DNA from: an uncultured Methanosarcinales archaeon
Lineage (GTDB): Archaea > Nanobdellota > Nanobdellia > Woesearchaeales > GW2011-AR9
Direction: 5' to 3'
NCBI GenBank assembly: GCA_964632045.1
Contig: CAZWBB010000001.1
Span: 1-64,000 of the forward strand
Length of the DNA stretch: 64,000 bases
Part shown: one piece after another, positions 38,083 through 48,392 of the stretch
Layout of the letters: every line of letters begins with the position of its first letter
How positions within the stretch are numbered: position 1 is the stretch's first letter
Notes under the pieces: model-generated
Told to the model about the DNA's origin: nothing
Seen by the model: the letters and a program-made list of their open reading frames with translations, nothing else
The model's database searches: none
Made by a program: the position numbers and the translations under genes

Positions 38083-38841
38083 TCATCCACAATTCCCTTG
38101 TAGAAACCTTTCCAGCTCTTCCTTCCCCATCGCTCCTCTGAGACGCGCTTTTTCCTCGCCCGCCACATAAAGGACGGTGGTAGGAACTTTCTCTATCTTC
38201 TGTTCCTCAGCAACACTACCGCTCCCCCTGGTGTTGACCTTGGCAAACTGGATCACTTTTCCATGCTCCTCTGCAACGGCTGCAAAGACTGGAGCAAAGG
38301 CTGCGCAAGGGTGACATCCGTTATGGTAGAAATCAACAAGAAGATATTCATTACCCCTCAGCGCCTCTGGGAAGCTCTCTTCATCAAGAAGGGAGACGAT
38401 CCCATCATCATAATCAACATCGACTGCTTCAGCAGCTGGTTTCTTCTCTTCTGTTTTTATCTTCTCTGCTGAAACAACAGCTATCAGGTCAGGAGCGCGT
38501 CTGGCATAACCTGCAAGAACTCCTGCTATGGCAAGTGCATCTTTCTGTGTAGCCATAACCTCTTCCCTGTTAGCAGGATCATGAAGATAGGCCTGCTTCC
38601 TTCCTGTCTTGACACTCGCATCTACGTCCTTCTGCGCAATATCATAACCTCTCTTAAGTCTGCGTCCGGCAACTTCTGCTTTTTCCTGGATAGCATCTTT
38701 GGCTACTCTCGATCCTTTTGATATTCTTTCCTGAGCGACCTTTGTACTCTCTGCGATCCTTCCCGAAGCTGCTCTTGAACTTTCCGCAATCTTTCCCTGA
38801 GCTTCTCTCGATTTTTCTTTCAGTCTGTCCCATAATCCCAT
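38083..38841 (-). CDS. Thioredoxin-domain protein with N-terminal 11-mer (LEA/apolipoprotein-like) repeats
   Basis: C-terminal Trx fold with CHPC active site (LLVDFYHNGCHPCAAFAP). N-terminal repeats (GKIAESSRAASGRIAESTKVAQERISKGSRVAKDAIQEKAEVAGRR). Start set at MGLWDRL (38841) with TATA about 30 nt upstream. Confidence 0.65.
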   Translation of the reverse strand: MGLWDRLKEKSREAQGKIAESSRAASGRIAESTKVAQERISKGSRVAKDAIQEKAEVAGRRLKRGYDIAQKDVDASVKTGRKQAYLHDPANREEVMATQKDALAIAGVLAGYARRAPDLIAVVSAEKIKTEEKKPAAEAVDVDYDDGIVSLLDEESFPEALRGNEYLLVDFYHNGCHPCAAFAPVFAAVAEEHGKVIQFAKVNTRGSGSVAEEQKIEKVPTTVLYVAGEEKARLRGAMGKEELERFLQGNCG

Positions 38842-38986
38842 TTTACTACATAGAACCAGCCACAGTATATAAGTTTTTCGGAATGTAACTACTAAATAGT
38901 TGATAATGGCTTGCCGGCCGTTTGCTTTTGCCGCTTTCCTCTCCAGAATTTGTTCTCCAACCCAATATCTTCGACTTTGTAGGTTT

Positions 38987-40054
38987 TCACTTTTTGGGTT
39001 CCTGTCCATCGGAAGGAGCAACTTTCGGAGCAGTAGGTTTTTCTTCAACCTTCCTAGCTTCTTCTTTTGGCTTCTTCGTTCCTATTTCTCCATCAACCAT
39101 CCCTTCCTCCAACTCAAGGGCTTTTGCTTTACTTCTCCTATATTCCCGCTTCCCTTTTGCCTTCTTAGATGGTTCGCCGCCTTGCAGTATTCCGCTTAAC
39201 AAAGGATTGCCCGTTGAAATTATCAAGTTGGGTTTAGATTCCGCAAGAACTTCATACGTCCGCAAAGTCTCCCAGAACTTATAGAACTCAGGGTCCTGAC
39301 TGAACACTTCATTGTAGTACTTGGCAACCTCCCCTTCAGCCTCTCCCAGAATCTCCTCAACCTGCCTCTGCCCATCAGAGACATATAATTGCACTTTGGC
39401 TTCCATCTGTCCCAGGATCCTCTTTCTTGCCGCCTCTCCTTCCGCTCTGGTAAAAGCAGCCTGCTTCCTTACCTCAGCGATCATCCCTTTGTGGATAGCT
39501 CCTCTGCTTTCACTTGGGATATCGGTCCTCTTGATCCTTATATCTACTATTTCAATTCCATACTTAGCCATGGCCTCATTTCCTCCTTCCACAGCTTTTT
39601 GTCGGATCTCCTGACGCTTGGTATGCTGATTCTGTTCAAAAGTGTGGTTAGACATCTCAGCCCAAACCCTGGCAAAGACATTCTTATCCAGTATAGTCTG
39701 AGCCCTCTCTTCATGCTTGACCTGCGGAATGTACTTAAAAGGATCTTCTACTCTCCACTTAGCAAATCTGTCCGATTTCATGAACTTATCATCTTTAGTA
39801 GGTATCTGCTCTGCCCTGTCCTCATATTCACGAAGCCTATTGTCTTCCCTTTGTACTTCAGTTACAACCCAGGCAAAGGGGATGTACCAATTTTTGATCA
39901 GATGGGGCCCAGGTGATTTTTTAACATCAACCAAAGCATTCAACTGTCTCTCCGCCCCAATCTCTATCTTATGCAGCTCATATACTGAAGGAGCATAAGC
40001 GATTGCCAAACACCCCAGGGCAACTCCTGCTCCGATCAACTTTGTAATGCTCAT
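38987..40054 (-). CDS. SPFH/band-7 protein, HflC-like
   Basis: N-terminal TM helix, SPFH domain, then a long charged coiled coil. ATGA-coupled to the upstream HflK-like gene. Confidence 0.65.
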   Translation of the reverse strand: MSITKLIGAGVALGCLAIAYAPSVYELHKIEIGAERQLNALVDVKKSPGPHLIKNWYIPFAWVVTEVQREDNRLREYEDRAEQIPTKDDKFMKSDRFAKWRVEDPFKYIPQVKHEERAQTILDKNVFARVWAEMSNHTFEQNQHTKRQEIRQKAVEGGNEAMAKYGIEIVDIRIKRTDIPSESRGAIHKGMIAEVRKQAAFTRAEGEAARKRILGQMEAKVQLYVSDGQRQVEEILGEAEGEVAKYYNEVFSQDPEFYKFWETLRTYEVLAESKPNLIISTGNPLLSGILQGGEPSKKAKGKREYRRSKAKALELEEGMVDGEIGTKKPKEEARKVEEKPTAPKVAPSDGQEPKK

Positions 40055-41097
40055 TTTTCTTTTCCATGGATGAGGTGCTGCATCAATCCGCCGCCCTCTC
40101 CGATGTCCTTGTCGATGACTGTAACATTCGCTTTCAATAGTCCCCGTACAGTTCTCTGATGCAACCTGAAGCGATGCAGATCCAGGTTTCCTTTCCCGTA
40201 CTGGGCATAGGCTCGCTTAAAACGTTCTACCTCTCCTCGAGCTTCATTTTTCATCAAGTCTGCACGTCCTCTTGCTGTTTGAATCATCATGTCTCTCTGA
40301 CCCTTAGCCTCTTCGACTTTTGTTGCTTTCACAGCCAGAGCTTCCTCCTGATATCTCTTTGCATCCAGTTTGGCATCCTGTAGATCGTGATAGGCATCTT
40401 CTACTTCCTTTGTAGGCAGTGTTACCGGTTGCAGCAGAAGAGAGTTGATCGTGATACCTACTCCATAACTATCCAGTATTTCCTGAGCAAGTATGGCCGC
40501 TTCACGCCAGATAAGTTCCTTACCAGTCTTCAATACTTGAGTATATTCCTTTCCGGCAATTACTTCCCGCAGAGCAGATTCAGCAACATCGGCGACTGTC
40601 TTATGAGGATTTCTTACATTGAACAGAAAGGCGCTGGGATCACTCTTCTTGTATTCCACGCTGTACATGACATGAAGTTCCCCTTCATCCCCCGTAACCA
40701 TCAATGATTCTTTGCTAAAATCTCCTTCTTCGTACTCTGTTTGCACCCCTGACTTTTTTGTCCGGAAACCTCTTTCCAGGCGGAAGACCTTATCCACGTT
40801 TACATCATAACCAACTTCCTGAGGATACCTACAATGGAAACCTGCTCCCTGAACACGTTCCCATAATCCTCCCATCCCCAGGAGGACTTTCTTGTGCCCT
40901 TGTCTTATCTCATAGCAGACCCGCTCATCAAGGTAGACCGTATCAACCTGATTGTTGTCAATCTTGTATTCCTTAAGAACTTCCGGCTTCATCAGATTGT
41001 GTACGCCAAACCAGACACCAATCCCTACAGCAGCTGCCCCGACAGGAATACCTACATACTTCCCTAATGCTTTGCCAAGATTTGATAACCGACCCAT
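40051..41097 (-). CDS. SPFH/band-7 protein, HflK-like
   Basis: N-terminal TM helix (YVGIPVGAAAVGIGVWFGV), SPFH core and coiled coil. Paired with 38987..40054. Confidence 0.65.
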   Translation of the reverse strand: MGRLSNLGKALGKYVGIPVGAAAVGIGVWFGVHNLMKPEVLKEYKIDNNQVDTVYLDERVCYEIRQGHKKVLLGMGGLWERVQGAGFHCRYPQEVGYDVNVDKVFRLERGFRTKKSGVQTEYEEGDFSKESLMVTGDEGELHVMYSVEYKKSDPSAFLFNVRNPHKTVADVAESALREVIAGKEYTQVLKTGKELIWREAAILAQEILDSYGVGITINSLLLQPVTLPTKEVEDAYHDLQDAKLDAKRYQEEALAVKATKVEEAKGQRDMMIQTARGRADLMKNEARGEVERFKRAYAQYGKGNLDLHRFRLHQRTVRGLLKANVTVIDKDIGEGGGLMQHLIHGKEK

Positions 41098-41216
41098 TTT
41101 ACCCCAAAATTGGATTTAGATATCGCTGCTAGTATATAAGTTTTATGGTGCAGTACTACTCCCAAATAGCTACGCACGAAAACTTTATAAACCTCGGTGT
41201 TTGTCACCACAATTGT

Positions 41217-42893
41217 ATGGCAGAAATCGGGGGAAGCAGTATGTGGGACATAGTAAAAGAAGAACTTGACGGTTTAAATTATGAACTGCTCAGAGAACTG
41301 TCTGACGGCAGATCTTCAAATTCGAAAGTGTGGCTGGCCCACCGCCTTAATGGTGATGCAGATCTTGAAGAGATTGCGGTGAAAGTCTCGTCCTGCGTAC
41401 TTTTTGGCAGTTGGGATTTTGATGATCCACAGAAGATGGACGAGAAATCAGAGAGGGAATTAGAGATCTATGAAAAACTTCCTCCACATCCAAATATTGT
41501 TTCTTTCAAAGACTTCCACAGGATCGCCATCGGAGATTCGGTGTCTATTCCCGTGGACATCCTGGCTATGGAATACGTGGATTCTCCGAACCTGCTCAAC
41601 CGCATCAGGAAGAAAAGGAAACTCAGCGAGGAAGAGGCCAAGAAATTGCTGGAAGGCTCTCTATCCGGATTGGCTCATGTTCATAATGGGGTGGAGGGAC
41701 ATCAGATACTGCATAGAGACATCCGTCCATCCAACATCTTATTCAATGGAGATGTCAAGTTGTTTGACTTCAATTTCTCAAAGATCGGTGACGCGACCAG
41801 CGCTTCCCGTCTAGTTGAAAATCCTTATTATCCAGTCGATGCGGTCGGTAAGCAGACGCAGAGCCAGGATCTGGTCGCTTTGGCCAATAGAGTCATCTGC
41901 GCAGGTTATGGTTTGGAGATCGAGGAAGTAAGAGACAAGCAGGGGAAGACTGGATTGGATCCGATCGACGTTGACGGTCTCAATTTTGGACAAAAGGTGA
42001 AGAGCATCCTGATGAAATTGAGCCACGACAACCCGGCTTTGAGATATCAGACGGCCGAACAGGCTCTGCAAGATCTGCGCAGCATGGATGCTCTAGCCGT
42101 TATTGACTTCGACAATAAGTTATCGACTGTTGAAAGGAGCCCACAGATGCAGGAACTGCTGACTAAATTGAAGGATAAAGATACACTGTTTGATTACAAT
42201 GTTCCTGTCGTGATGAGAAACAATTCCGATGATGATGCTCTGCTGGAACACTTAGAAAAGATCTATTCCCAGGAAAGGTTCATAGTAGAGGGAGATGAAG
42301 CTGTGAAGCAGCATATCAAAAAGTGTGACAGGGTAATAAAAAAGGACTTAGGGACTGTAATTAAGAACAGAATAAGTAAAGGGGCTCAAGGGATAGTACT
42401 TGACCCTCATCACAATGATACACAAGCAAGAGTTGAGTTCCACAGCGGAATTGTCAAAGGTACCAAAGTCTGGCATATAAACCATAAATGTATGGATGTA
42501 ACGGGCAAAAGGCGTAAGTGGCTGGGGGACAAAGCCTATGATGACGAAGTGAGAGCAGATAAGTTTCCCGGAGGACTTGCCCACAATCATTTTGTTGAAT
42601 ATACGGGAGATGAAATTACTGAGTATAGTTTCTACGTGGAAGATAGCTCGGAAGGGATCGTGGCACGCATAAATAAACAAGATGAACTTCCCTTGCGCAT
42701 CGTCTGGGAAAACCGACCAGGACTGATCCAGGATCTTGACTCCTCTTCTCGCAATCACGGTTTGATAGATATTGGAATAAGGTCCATGTACTCAACGGTC
42801 AACCTTGTCAAACCAAACCCCGTCAACTTCAAACAACTTTACAAAGAATGCTTCCCAGATACTTCTGACGAAAATTCTGATTCAGAAGAATGA
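41217..42893 (+). CDS. Ser/Thr protein kinase-like protein with a large C-terminal domain
   Basis: HRDIRPSNIL catalytic loop, DFNFS, and N-terminal lysine (IAVKV). TATA AACTTTATAAACC 26-34 nt upstream of ATG 41217. The track ORF begins at 41145. Confidence 0.65.
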   Translation: MAEIGGSSMWDIVKEELDGLNYELLRELSDGRSSNSKVWLAHRLNGDADLEEIAVKVSSCVLFGSWDFDDPQKMDEKSERELEIYEKLPPHPNIVSFKDFHRIAIGDSVSIPVDILAMEYVDSPNLLNRIRKKRKLSEEEAKKLLEGSLSGLAHVHNGVEGHQILHRDIRPSNILFNGDVKLFDFNFSKIGDATSASRLVENPYYPVDAVGKQTQSQDLVALANRVICAGYGLEIEEVRDKQGKTGLDPIDVDGLNFGQKVKSILMKLSHDNPALRYQTAEQALQDLRSMDALAVIDFDNKLSTVERSPQMQELLTKLKDKDTLFDYNVPVVMRNNSDDDALLEHLEKIYSQERFIVEGDEAVKQHIKKCDRVIKKDLGTVIKNRISKGAQGIVLDPHHNDTQARVEFHSGIVKGTKVWHINHKCMDVTGKRRKWLGDKAYDDEVRADKFPGGLAHNHFVEYTGDEITEYSFYVEDSSEGIVARINKQDELPLRIVWENRPGLIQDLDSSSRNHGLIDIGIRSMYSTVNLVKPNPVNFKQLYKECFPDTSDENSDSEE

Positions 42894-43085
42894 AAAAGAA
42901 AGCCTCGCAGCCGAAAGAATAATGATTTAACGATTTGGGGGGTCGTAAAATCTCGGCTGTGAGACCTCTTTTATCATTATACTACCCGGTAAAACGTACT
43001 CGTTTATAAACTTTTCGGTTGGCTTTGTCACTGCGTTGTGGTGCGAGGGGTTCACTACTGTGTTATTGCGAAAAAATTGCGAATA

Positions 43086-43700
43086 TTATAGCTTCCCTTT
43101 CTTAAAGAATACAGAAATAATCCCCAGCAGCAACGTCAACAAGAATATTTTCACACTCAAACCAAAGAAGAACCTTCCTGGAAAAGTCTGTATCAGCATC
43201 GAATCTGCTGCAAACATCCAGTTGCCCTGCGGGAAGAAGAGAAGATGGAAGATGGTGAAAGTCAGTGGGAAACTGACCAGGGAAAAGAAGAGAACCATAA
43301 GAATCCCAATCGTTGTCGTCAGTCCTCCGAAAAAGAATAATTTTCGCAGTGCCTTTTTCCTCTTCCTGTGAGTCGTGATAATCAACGTCGAAAATAGCAG
43401 CGAAACGAAAAATACAATCTCCGTCCATCTCATCACTTCTTTGACATCCTGCAGATGAGAAATCTCTTTTGACGTGTAATTCAGTTGTAGCTCTTCTTCT
43501 CCTTGCACGAAGTCAATAGTGTTTTGTTGCGCAGGATCCAGGTCGGAAAACAAAAGGACAATTTTGTACGAGAAGAGGGTAAGAAATACTGGTAAAGTGA
43601 TACAGAAGATGATGAGTTGAAGCGTCTCTTTTTTCATATTGAGATATTGAAAAAGCAGTAAATCAAACATTGTTAACTGTTTTTCTATCTTGTTTGTCAA
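43086..43700 (-). CDS. Polytopic membrane protein, hypothetical
   Basis: Five or more hydrophobic helices. Confidence 0.5.
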   Translation of the reverse strand: MTNKIEKQLTMFDLLLFQYLNMKKETLQLIIFCITLPVFLTLFSYKIVLLFSDLDPAQQNTIDFVQGEEELQLNYTSKEISHLQDVKEVMRWTEIVFFVSLLFSTLIITTHRKRKKALRKLFFFGGLTTTIGILMVLFFSLVSFPLTFTIFHLLFFPQGNWMFAADSMLIQTFPGRFFFGLSVKIFLLTLLLGIISVFFKKGKL

Positions 43701-43707
43701 TAAATAA

Positions 43708-44079
43708 TCAACTAAGTTTCTGTACTAATACCACTAGCGCTACAATGATGATGATGATGATGATGAGGATATAAGGATCAATCTGAGCTTTCTTGTTCAT
43801 CCAGAAATGTTCAACGGCTTCTTTCCAACCTTCTAATTTTGATGTTTTTTCTTTGAGGTTTTCCATCATCTTTCGATTTTCCTGTTTCAACAGACTAATT
43901 TCTTTTCTTAGGTTTTGTATCTTGGAATCATAATTGTTCTTAAGATACAAAGTAATAATCACTATCCCAATAATGAATGAAGGATACCGAACATAAGGAT
44001 GCAGTCCTTCTATGAAACCGGCGGGAATGAGAAACAGACTCAGCAGCCCGATTAAATCCATTAACTTCTGCTTCCCCAT
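43708..44079 (-). CDS. Membrane/coiled-coil protein containing a poly-Ile tract
   Basis: N-terminal TM helix, central coiled coil, and a C-terminal TM helix carrying IIIIIIII. Nt 43744-43767 are an (ATG/CAT)8 microsatellite. Confidence 0.5.
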   Translation of the reverse strand: MGKQKLMDLIGLLSLFLIPAGFIEGLHPYVRYPSFIIGIVIITLYLKNNYDSKIQNLRKEISLLKQENRKMMENLKEKTSKLEGWKEAVEHFWMNKKAQIDPYILIIIIIIIVALVVLVQKLS

Positions 44080-44111
44080 TTTTCATTTCTCTATCACCTG
44101 TCAATTTTATG

Positions 44112-44392
44112 TTTTAGGGGCACACCCGCGGTCGAACCAACCAAGCCTCGTTGGCTTAATCCCGAAAGCTTCTCGAGCTTGCTACCCTTTGAACATGAAA
44201 CTTAAAAGTTAAGGCTGCTCCATTCCTGGCCTGACCTGATTCCCAGTAAGCACATCCCAAAGGACAAACCGTCAGCAAAGACGATCGGGACCAACAAAAC
44301 AAAATCAGCCCTTCTTTGGGCTTCGGCTCCGTGTGAGGTCCGTTCACGGTAACAGCGCAGGACCAGCGCGCCAGCCTAGCTATCCCTACTTC
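44112..44392 (-). ncRNA. Signal recognition particle 7S RNA (SRP RNA)
   Basis: Minus-strand reading AUCAGGUCAGGCCAGGAAUGGAGCAGCC (plus-strand 44213-44240). It matches the universally conserved helix-8 motif CAGGUCAGGUCCGGAAGGAAGCAGCC. Alu-like GGUCC/GGACC loops near the 5' end (44340-44370). GC island. TTTAAAAAAAAC TATA on the minus strand at ~44412-44425. Confidence 0.7.
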
Positions 44393-44601
44393 CAATACCC
44401 AGTATTAGCATGTTTTTTTTAAAGGTTTCTGCTGTGCAGTATCTCCGATGGTGCAGTAAACAGCGCCGGCTACGTCTTAAGGTGAACCGAGAGCCGCTAC
44501 TCGTAAGAAATAGAGTGTAGATGCCCCGGGTCTATTATGACAGATTCTACTGGGGCAATCCCCACATCAAAGGGACACGAGGTGAACGACGTAGGCGGTG
44601 T

Positions 44602-45699
44602 TTAAGTAGCAGTCGGAGATATGTTGCCAGCCTTCAATTCCTCAACAATCCCCCGTACTGCACTATAACCTTCCACCAGTTTCTCCCAGCCGCCCACTTC
44701 AATGTGTTCTTCCAATTTATCTGCCAGGTAGTCGATGACTTCATTACAGGTCTGTCTTACATCCTCAACCCTACTGTCGGCAAGTTCATTAATATCAGCA
44801 TGGAAATACGACTTTAGCCTCTCTTCTGCCTGCTCATCACTGATATTCCTGTATCCTATGCCTACTCCCAAGGTATATTTCTCATCATCAATGTCATACA
44901 TGAAGATAGTAATTGACTGACACAGGTTCTCATTGAGGTAAAGTTGCCTCCCTAGCTGCTGGCCCAGAAGATGACTGTTCGTTGCTCTCATTCTGGTGAA
45001 TCTGCCCAATTCATCCAGCTCTTCCATTTCTATCTCTCCTTCATTGAGTAGAATATCTGTCATCTTTCTGATGTAATCCTTCCAGGGTCTCCTTAAGTAG
45101 TTTTCTGCAACATCTTCCAGTTTTGTCTCTCTTGGAACCGGGATAGTAAGCAGAAAAGCCTCAATTTCTGGCACCCCTGCTTCCTTAAGTTGGTTGTATG
45201 AATAAGCTACCAGTTCCATTGCGAATTTCCTTCTAAGAATTTTACCCCAGTCCTTTGCCTCGAATGCACTTCTTGCCCGGCGATACTCTTCTTCTGGCAA
45301 CTTCTTACTTTCCTCTTCCCAAGCAGCTTTAAGTATTTCTCTCTCTTTGCGAAAAATTTCCAGAGACGGATTATACCGCTCGTGAAAAGCATGCATCACT
45401 TCATGATCAACCGTGTCCTCCTCCGGCTCTGAGAAGAACTGGATTACATTCCTGTCCCCCCGCTTTTCATAGATAGCTTCTGTATCAACACTTTGCTTAC
45501 CGGCCCGCTCAGCCAAATATGAAGGCAACAGGTTTTCATCTCGCTTAATCGGAAACTCATACTCAAACTCTAGTGCAGGAAATCCAAGCAAACCAGAAAG
45601 TTCTGCATTTGCTTTCGCTACCAGATCCTCTGCCAATGGTGTCCACTCTCTCTTTCTTCTTCGTTGTTCCAGAAAATTCTTGACCCGTCTGATTAACAT
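44602..45699 (-). CDS. Hypothetical protein with HExxH motif (putative metallopeptidase)
   Basis: VDHEVMHAFHE. 365 aa. Otherwise unassigned. Confidence 0.45.
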   Translation of the reverse strand: MLIRRVKNFLEQRRRKREWTPLAEDLVAKANAELSGLLGFPALEFEYEFPIKRDENLLPSYLAERAGKQSVDTEAIYEKRGDRNVIQFFSEPEEDTVDHEVMHAFHERYNPSLEIFRKEREILKAAWEEESKKLPEEEYRRARSAFEAKDWGKILRRKFAMELVAYSYNQLKEAGVPEIEAFLLTIPVPRETKLEDVAENYLRRPWKDYIRKMTDILLNEGEIEMEELDELGRFTRMRATNSHLLGQQLGRQLYLNENLCQSITIFMYDIDDEKYTLGVGIGYRNISDEQAEERLKSYFHADINELADSRVEDVRQTCNEVIDYLADKLEEHIEVGGWEKLVEGYSAVRGIVEELKAGNISPTAT

Positions 45700-45711
45700 T
45701 TTTCAGAAATA

Positions 45712-47559
45712 CTACCCTTTCGCCAACCCATACAAACATCCCTCGTACCTGTGAACAGGAATGTCTATCCAAATACCCTCTAACTCTTCCTGAAGTTTCT
45801 CCGGTTCCATCGTACTGCCGGTCTCCAGATAGAACCTGCTGATATCCTCATTCTGCAGCTGTTCACTTGCTGCTTTCAGACGAAGCAGGTCAAGATATAC
45901 TTTTTCGTTTTTTCCGTCCAACTCAAGGGCTCTGCTTAGATATCTTTCCGCAGTTGGATAATCGCCTGCATTGAAAGCAACCGCTCCCAAGAACCAGTTG
46001 GCCTGGTAAGAAGTATCCAGATGACTGGCCAAATCTATTTCATACTCCTGCATATTGCCTTCCATCTCTTCATACTTAATTGAACATCTTGTCAGACGGA
46101 CATCTAAACTTCTTCCTTTCACTTTACCCAGATGTTCCAAAGCTCCCTCACGATCGCCCAGTTCCAGTTTGAGGTATCCGACAACCGCTTCCTCCCTGGG
46201 AGTTCTATCTGTCAGTTTGGAATATTCCTGCAACGCTGCTTCGTTCCTCTTCAGGAAAAGGCTAGCTAAAACATATGTCCTGATTAATCCTGCATCACTG
46301 GTCGAACTGAATAATCCTTTTTCCTCTTCCAGCAACTTTCCTAATCCAATGTGGTCTTTCTCCTTCATGTACTTGTGAGCGTCAGCAAGTACATCAACAT
46401 GCCCCTCATTGAAAGCACGCGAGACAAAAATTTGTTCAATTTCAGCCGCTTTCAAAACCAACCTTTCTCCCATCTGCTGAGCGTCTTCATGGAAAGCAGC
46501 TCTCAACCTTCTCTTCACTCTTTCCAAAGGCAGAGTGGGATACTTTACATTGACACGGACGATAAAATTATCTTCACCAACATCCTGCAGCGAGATATCA
46601 ATTTCCGGTCCATTTGATGTGTCCATGAAAAGAAACCGGCCCATCCGTTGCGCCGTCTGGTAAGCTGCATCAAGTTTGTCCTGCAGCAAGTAATCAAGGT
46701 CTCCTTGATAATTCTCTTCAATAGCCGATGGGTCAAGAAGAACATTTATCTGCTCTGCTAACGCTTCTTTCATGGCTTGGGCATCTCGTTCCAGCAAAGC
46801 TGCACTCAATCTTGTCTCCTTAAGTTTCTCGCTTTCCCTACCATATTCAATCGAAAATCGTAAAGTTGTATCGGGCATTTCTCCGGCTTCTGCTTTTCTG
46901 TACGTTTCATAACCGCTGGCCAGTGCTTCCGTGGCCATCATCTGAACAACACGCGTATTAAAGTATGCCCATAGGGATTTGAAATATTGCTGCAGTTCCT
47001 TAGATGACGGTTGCAGAGCGGCAGTATCCAGCAGATCAACTTTATCTTCAAGTGTCCTGATTGAATGATTAGCGATCGTGTGGTGGGCATATACTGCCTC
47101 CCTGGTAACTTCTCCAGCTGTTGCATGAGGATGATGGAAGATATAACGTCCATCTTTGGTAACTTGAAAAATGGCCCTGGTCTGAACTCCCGGCGTCAGG
47201 GTTGTATTACGATCAAGATGATCGATGAAAGAAAATCGGTTTCTGTCACATTGAACATCTCTTTCCTGCAACAGGATCGTGATGTCCCTGACTTCAAAGA
47301 AAGCAGCGATCTCACTCCCTTCTCGTCCCAAAATAACTGGTTTAGGAGCTGGTCTTGGAGGAGTCGGTCGAGGAGCCGGAGGAGGAGGAATCCAGTTGGG
47401 GTCCCATCGGGGATCGAGTGGATCATATCCTTTTGGCATCTTAGGAAGAGGTCCGAATAATGCTTCATCTGCTCTTAGAAGAGCTCTATCCACCTTATCC
47501 ATCGCTTTTTCCGCTTTAGCAGCGACCTTTTCTGCTCCTTTGAGTAGTTTATCCAACAT
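45712..47559 (-). CDS. TPR-repeat protein with N-terminal proline-rich segment
   Basis: PPPPAPRPTPPRPAPKP. C-terminal TPR-like helices (AERYLSRALELDGKNEKVYLDLLRL). Confidence 0.55.
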   Translation of the reverse strand: MLDKLLKGAEKVAAKAEKAMDKVDRALLRADEALFGPLPKMPKGYDPLDPRWDPNWIPPPPAPRPTPPRPAPKPVILGREGSEIAAFFEVRDITILLQERDVQCDRNRFSFIDHLDRNTTLTPGVQTRAIFQVTKDGRYIFHHPHATAGEVTREAVYAHHTIANHSIRTLEDKVDLLDTAALQPSSKELQQYFKSLWAYFNTRVVQMMATEALASGYETYRKAEAGEMPDTTLRFSIEYGRESEKLKETRLSAALLERDAQAMKEALAEQINVLLDPSAIEENYQGDLDYLLQDKLDAAYQTAQRMGRFLFMDTSNGPEIDISLQDVGEDNFIVRVNVKYPTLPLERVKRRLRAAFHEDAQQMGERLVLKAAEIEQIFVSRAFNEGHVDVLADAHKYMKEKDHIGLGKLLEEEKGLFSSTSDAGLIRTYVLASLFLKRNEAALQEYSKLTDRTPREEAVVGYLKLELGDREGALEHLGKVKGRSLDVRLTRCSIKYEEMEGNMQEYEIDLASHLDTSYQANWFLGAVAFNAGDYPTAERYLSRALELDGKNEKVYLDLLRLKAASEQLQNEDISRFYLETGSTMEPEKLQEELEGIWIDIPVHRYEGCLYGLAKG

Positions 47560-47615
47560 AGTATGCTGAAATTACCATTCATTTATAAAACTTTCGGAGA
47601 ATTTGTCACTCCAGA

Positions 47616-48275
47616 ATGGCAACCATTTCGCAAAAAATATTTATATGCCGCCTCCCTGCCCTTTACATGTTACATCTCAGAACATTCAAAGGAGGATATG
47701 ACAGCAACTTCAGCTACATCCTCTATGATCACTCTACAAAGGAAGCAGCTATCATCGACACATCAATAGAACCAGACACTCTACTGAGCTTTATCCAAGA
47801 GAAGAGATTGCAGCTCAAATTCGTTGTCATCATGCATTCCCATTTTGATCATATGGTCGGAATCGATCGCTATCGGGAGAAAGGAATCAAACTTGCCGCT
47901 TCCGAGAAGATGCAGAAGGAAATTGACATCAAACTAAAAGATGGCGATGAACTGCAGCTGGGAGATCATCAACTGAAAGTGCTGTTCACACCCGGCCACA
48001 TCTATGACAGCATCTGCATCCTAGTGCAAGGGAAACTGTTCACTTCTGACACTTTATTCATCGACGGCTGCGGAAGAGTCGATCTTCAGGGGGCGGATGT
48101 AGAAGATATGTTCAATTCCTTGCAGAAGATTAAGCAGCTACCTGACGATACGATCATCTATCCGGGACATGACTATGGAAGAGTTCCTTTTGAAACGTTG
48201 GGAAATCAGAAGAAGAGCAATCGGTTTCTGCAGGCGGAACCTATGGAAGAGTTTGTTGGGGAGAGAGGGGGTTGA
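47616..48275 (+). CDS. Metallo-beta-lactamase-fold hydrolase (glyoxalase II-like)
   Basis: MHSHFDHMVG (HxHxDH), TPGHIYDS and PGHDYG motifs. Alternative start at 47667. Confidence 0.7.
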   Translation: MATISQKIFICRLPALYMLHLRTFKGGYDSNFSYILYDHSTKEAAIIDTSIEPDTLLSFIQEKRLQLKFVVIMHSHFDHMVGIDRYREKGIKLAASEKMQKEIDIKLKDGDELQLGDHQLKVLFTPGHIYDSICILVQGKLFTSDTLFIDGCGRVDLQGADVEDMFNSLQKIKQLPDDTIIYPGHDYGRVPFETLGNQKKSNRFLQAEPMEEFVGERGG

Positions 48276-48279
48276 GCAT

Positions 48280-48390
48280 TTATCGTAAGTGATATACCTC
48301 TCCACGGTGGTCCAAGGCCACTAGATATACCACTTTATTCTCTTCATTAACTTTGAAAATCAGTCGGAAACTACCTGTCCATTCAGACAT
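48280..48390 (-). pseudogene. Truncated RelE/ParE-family toxin remnant (36-aa ORF: MSEWTGSFRLIFKVNEENKVVYLVALDHRGEVYHLR)
   Basis: Matches the RelE C-terminal core (GYRLVYQVIDEKVVVFVISVGKRERSEVY) but lacks the N-terminal ~50 aa. Sits 2 nt after the stop of the antitoxin-like ORF. Confidence 0.5.
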
Positions 48391-48392
48391 TT

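Noticed and set aside
44156-44395. Track ORF 44156..44395(-) (79 aa) and 44521..44817(+)
   Set aside because: Overlaps the SRP RNA helix-8 and Alu regions. No coding features. The + ORF is antisense to the 3' end of gene 44602..45699.
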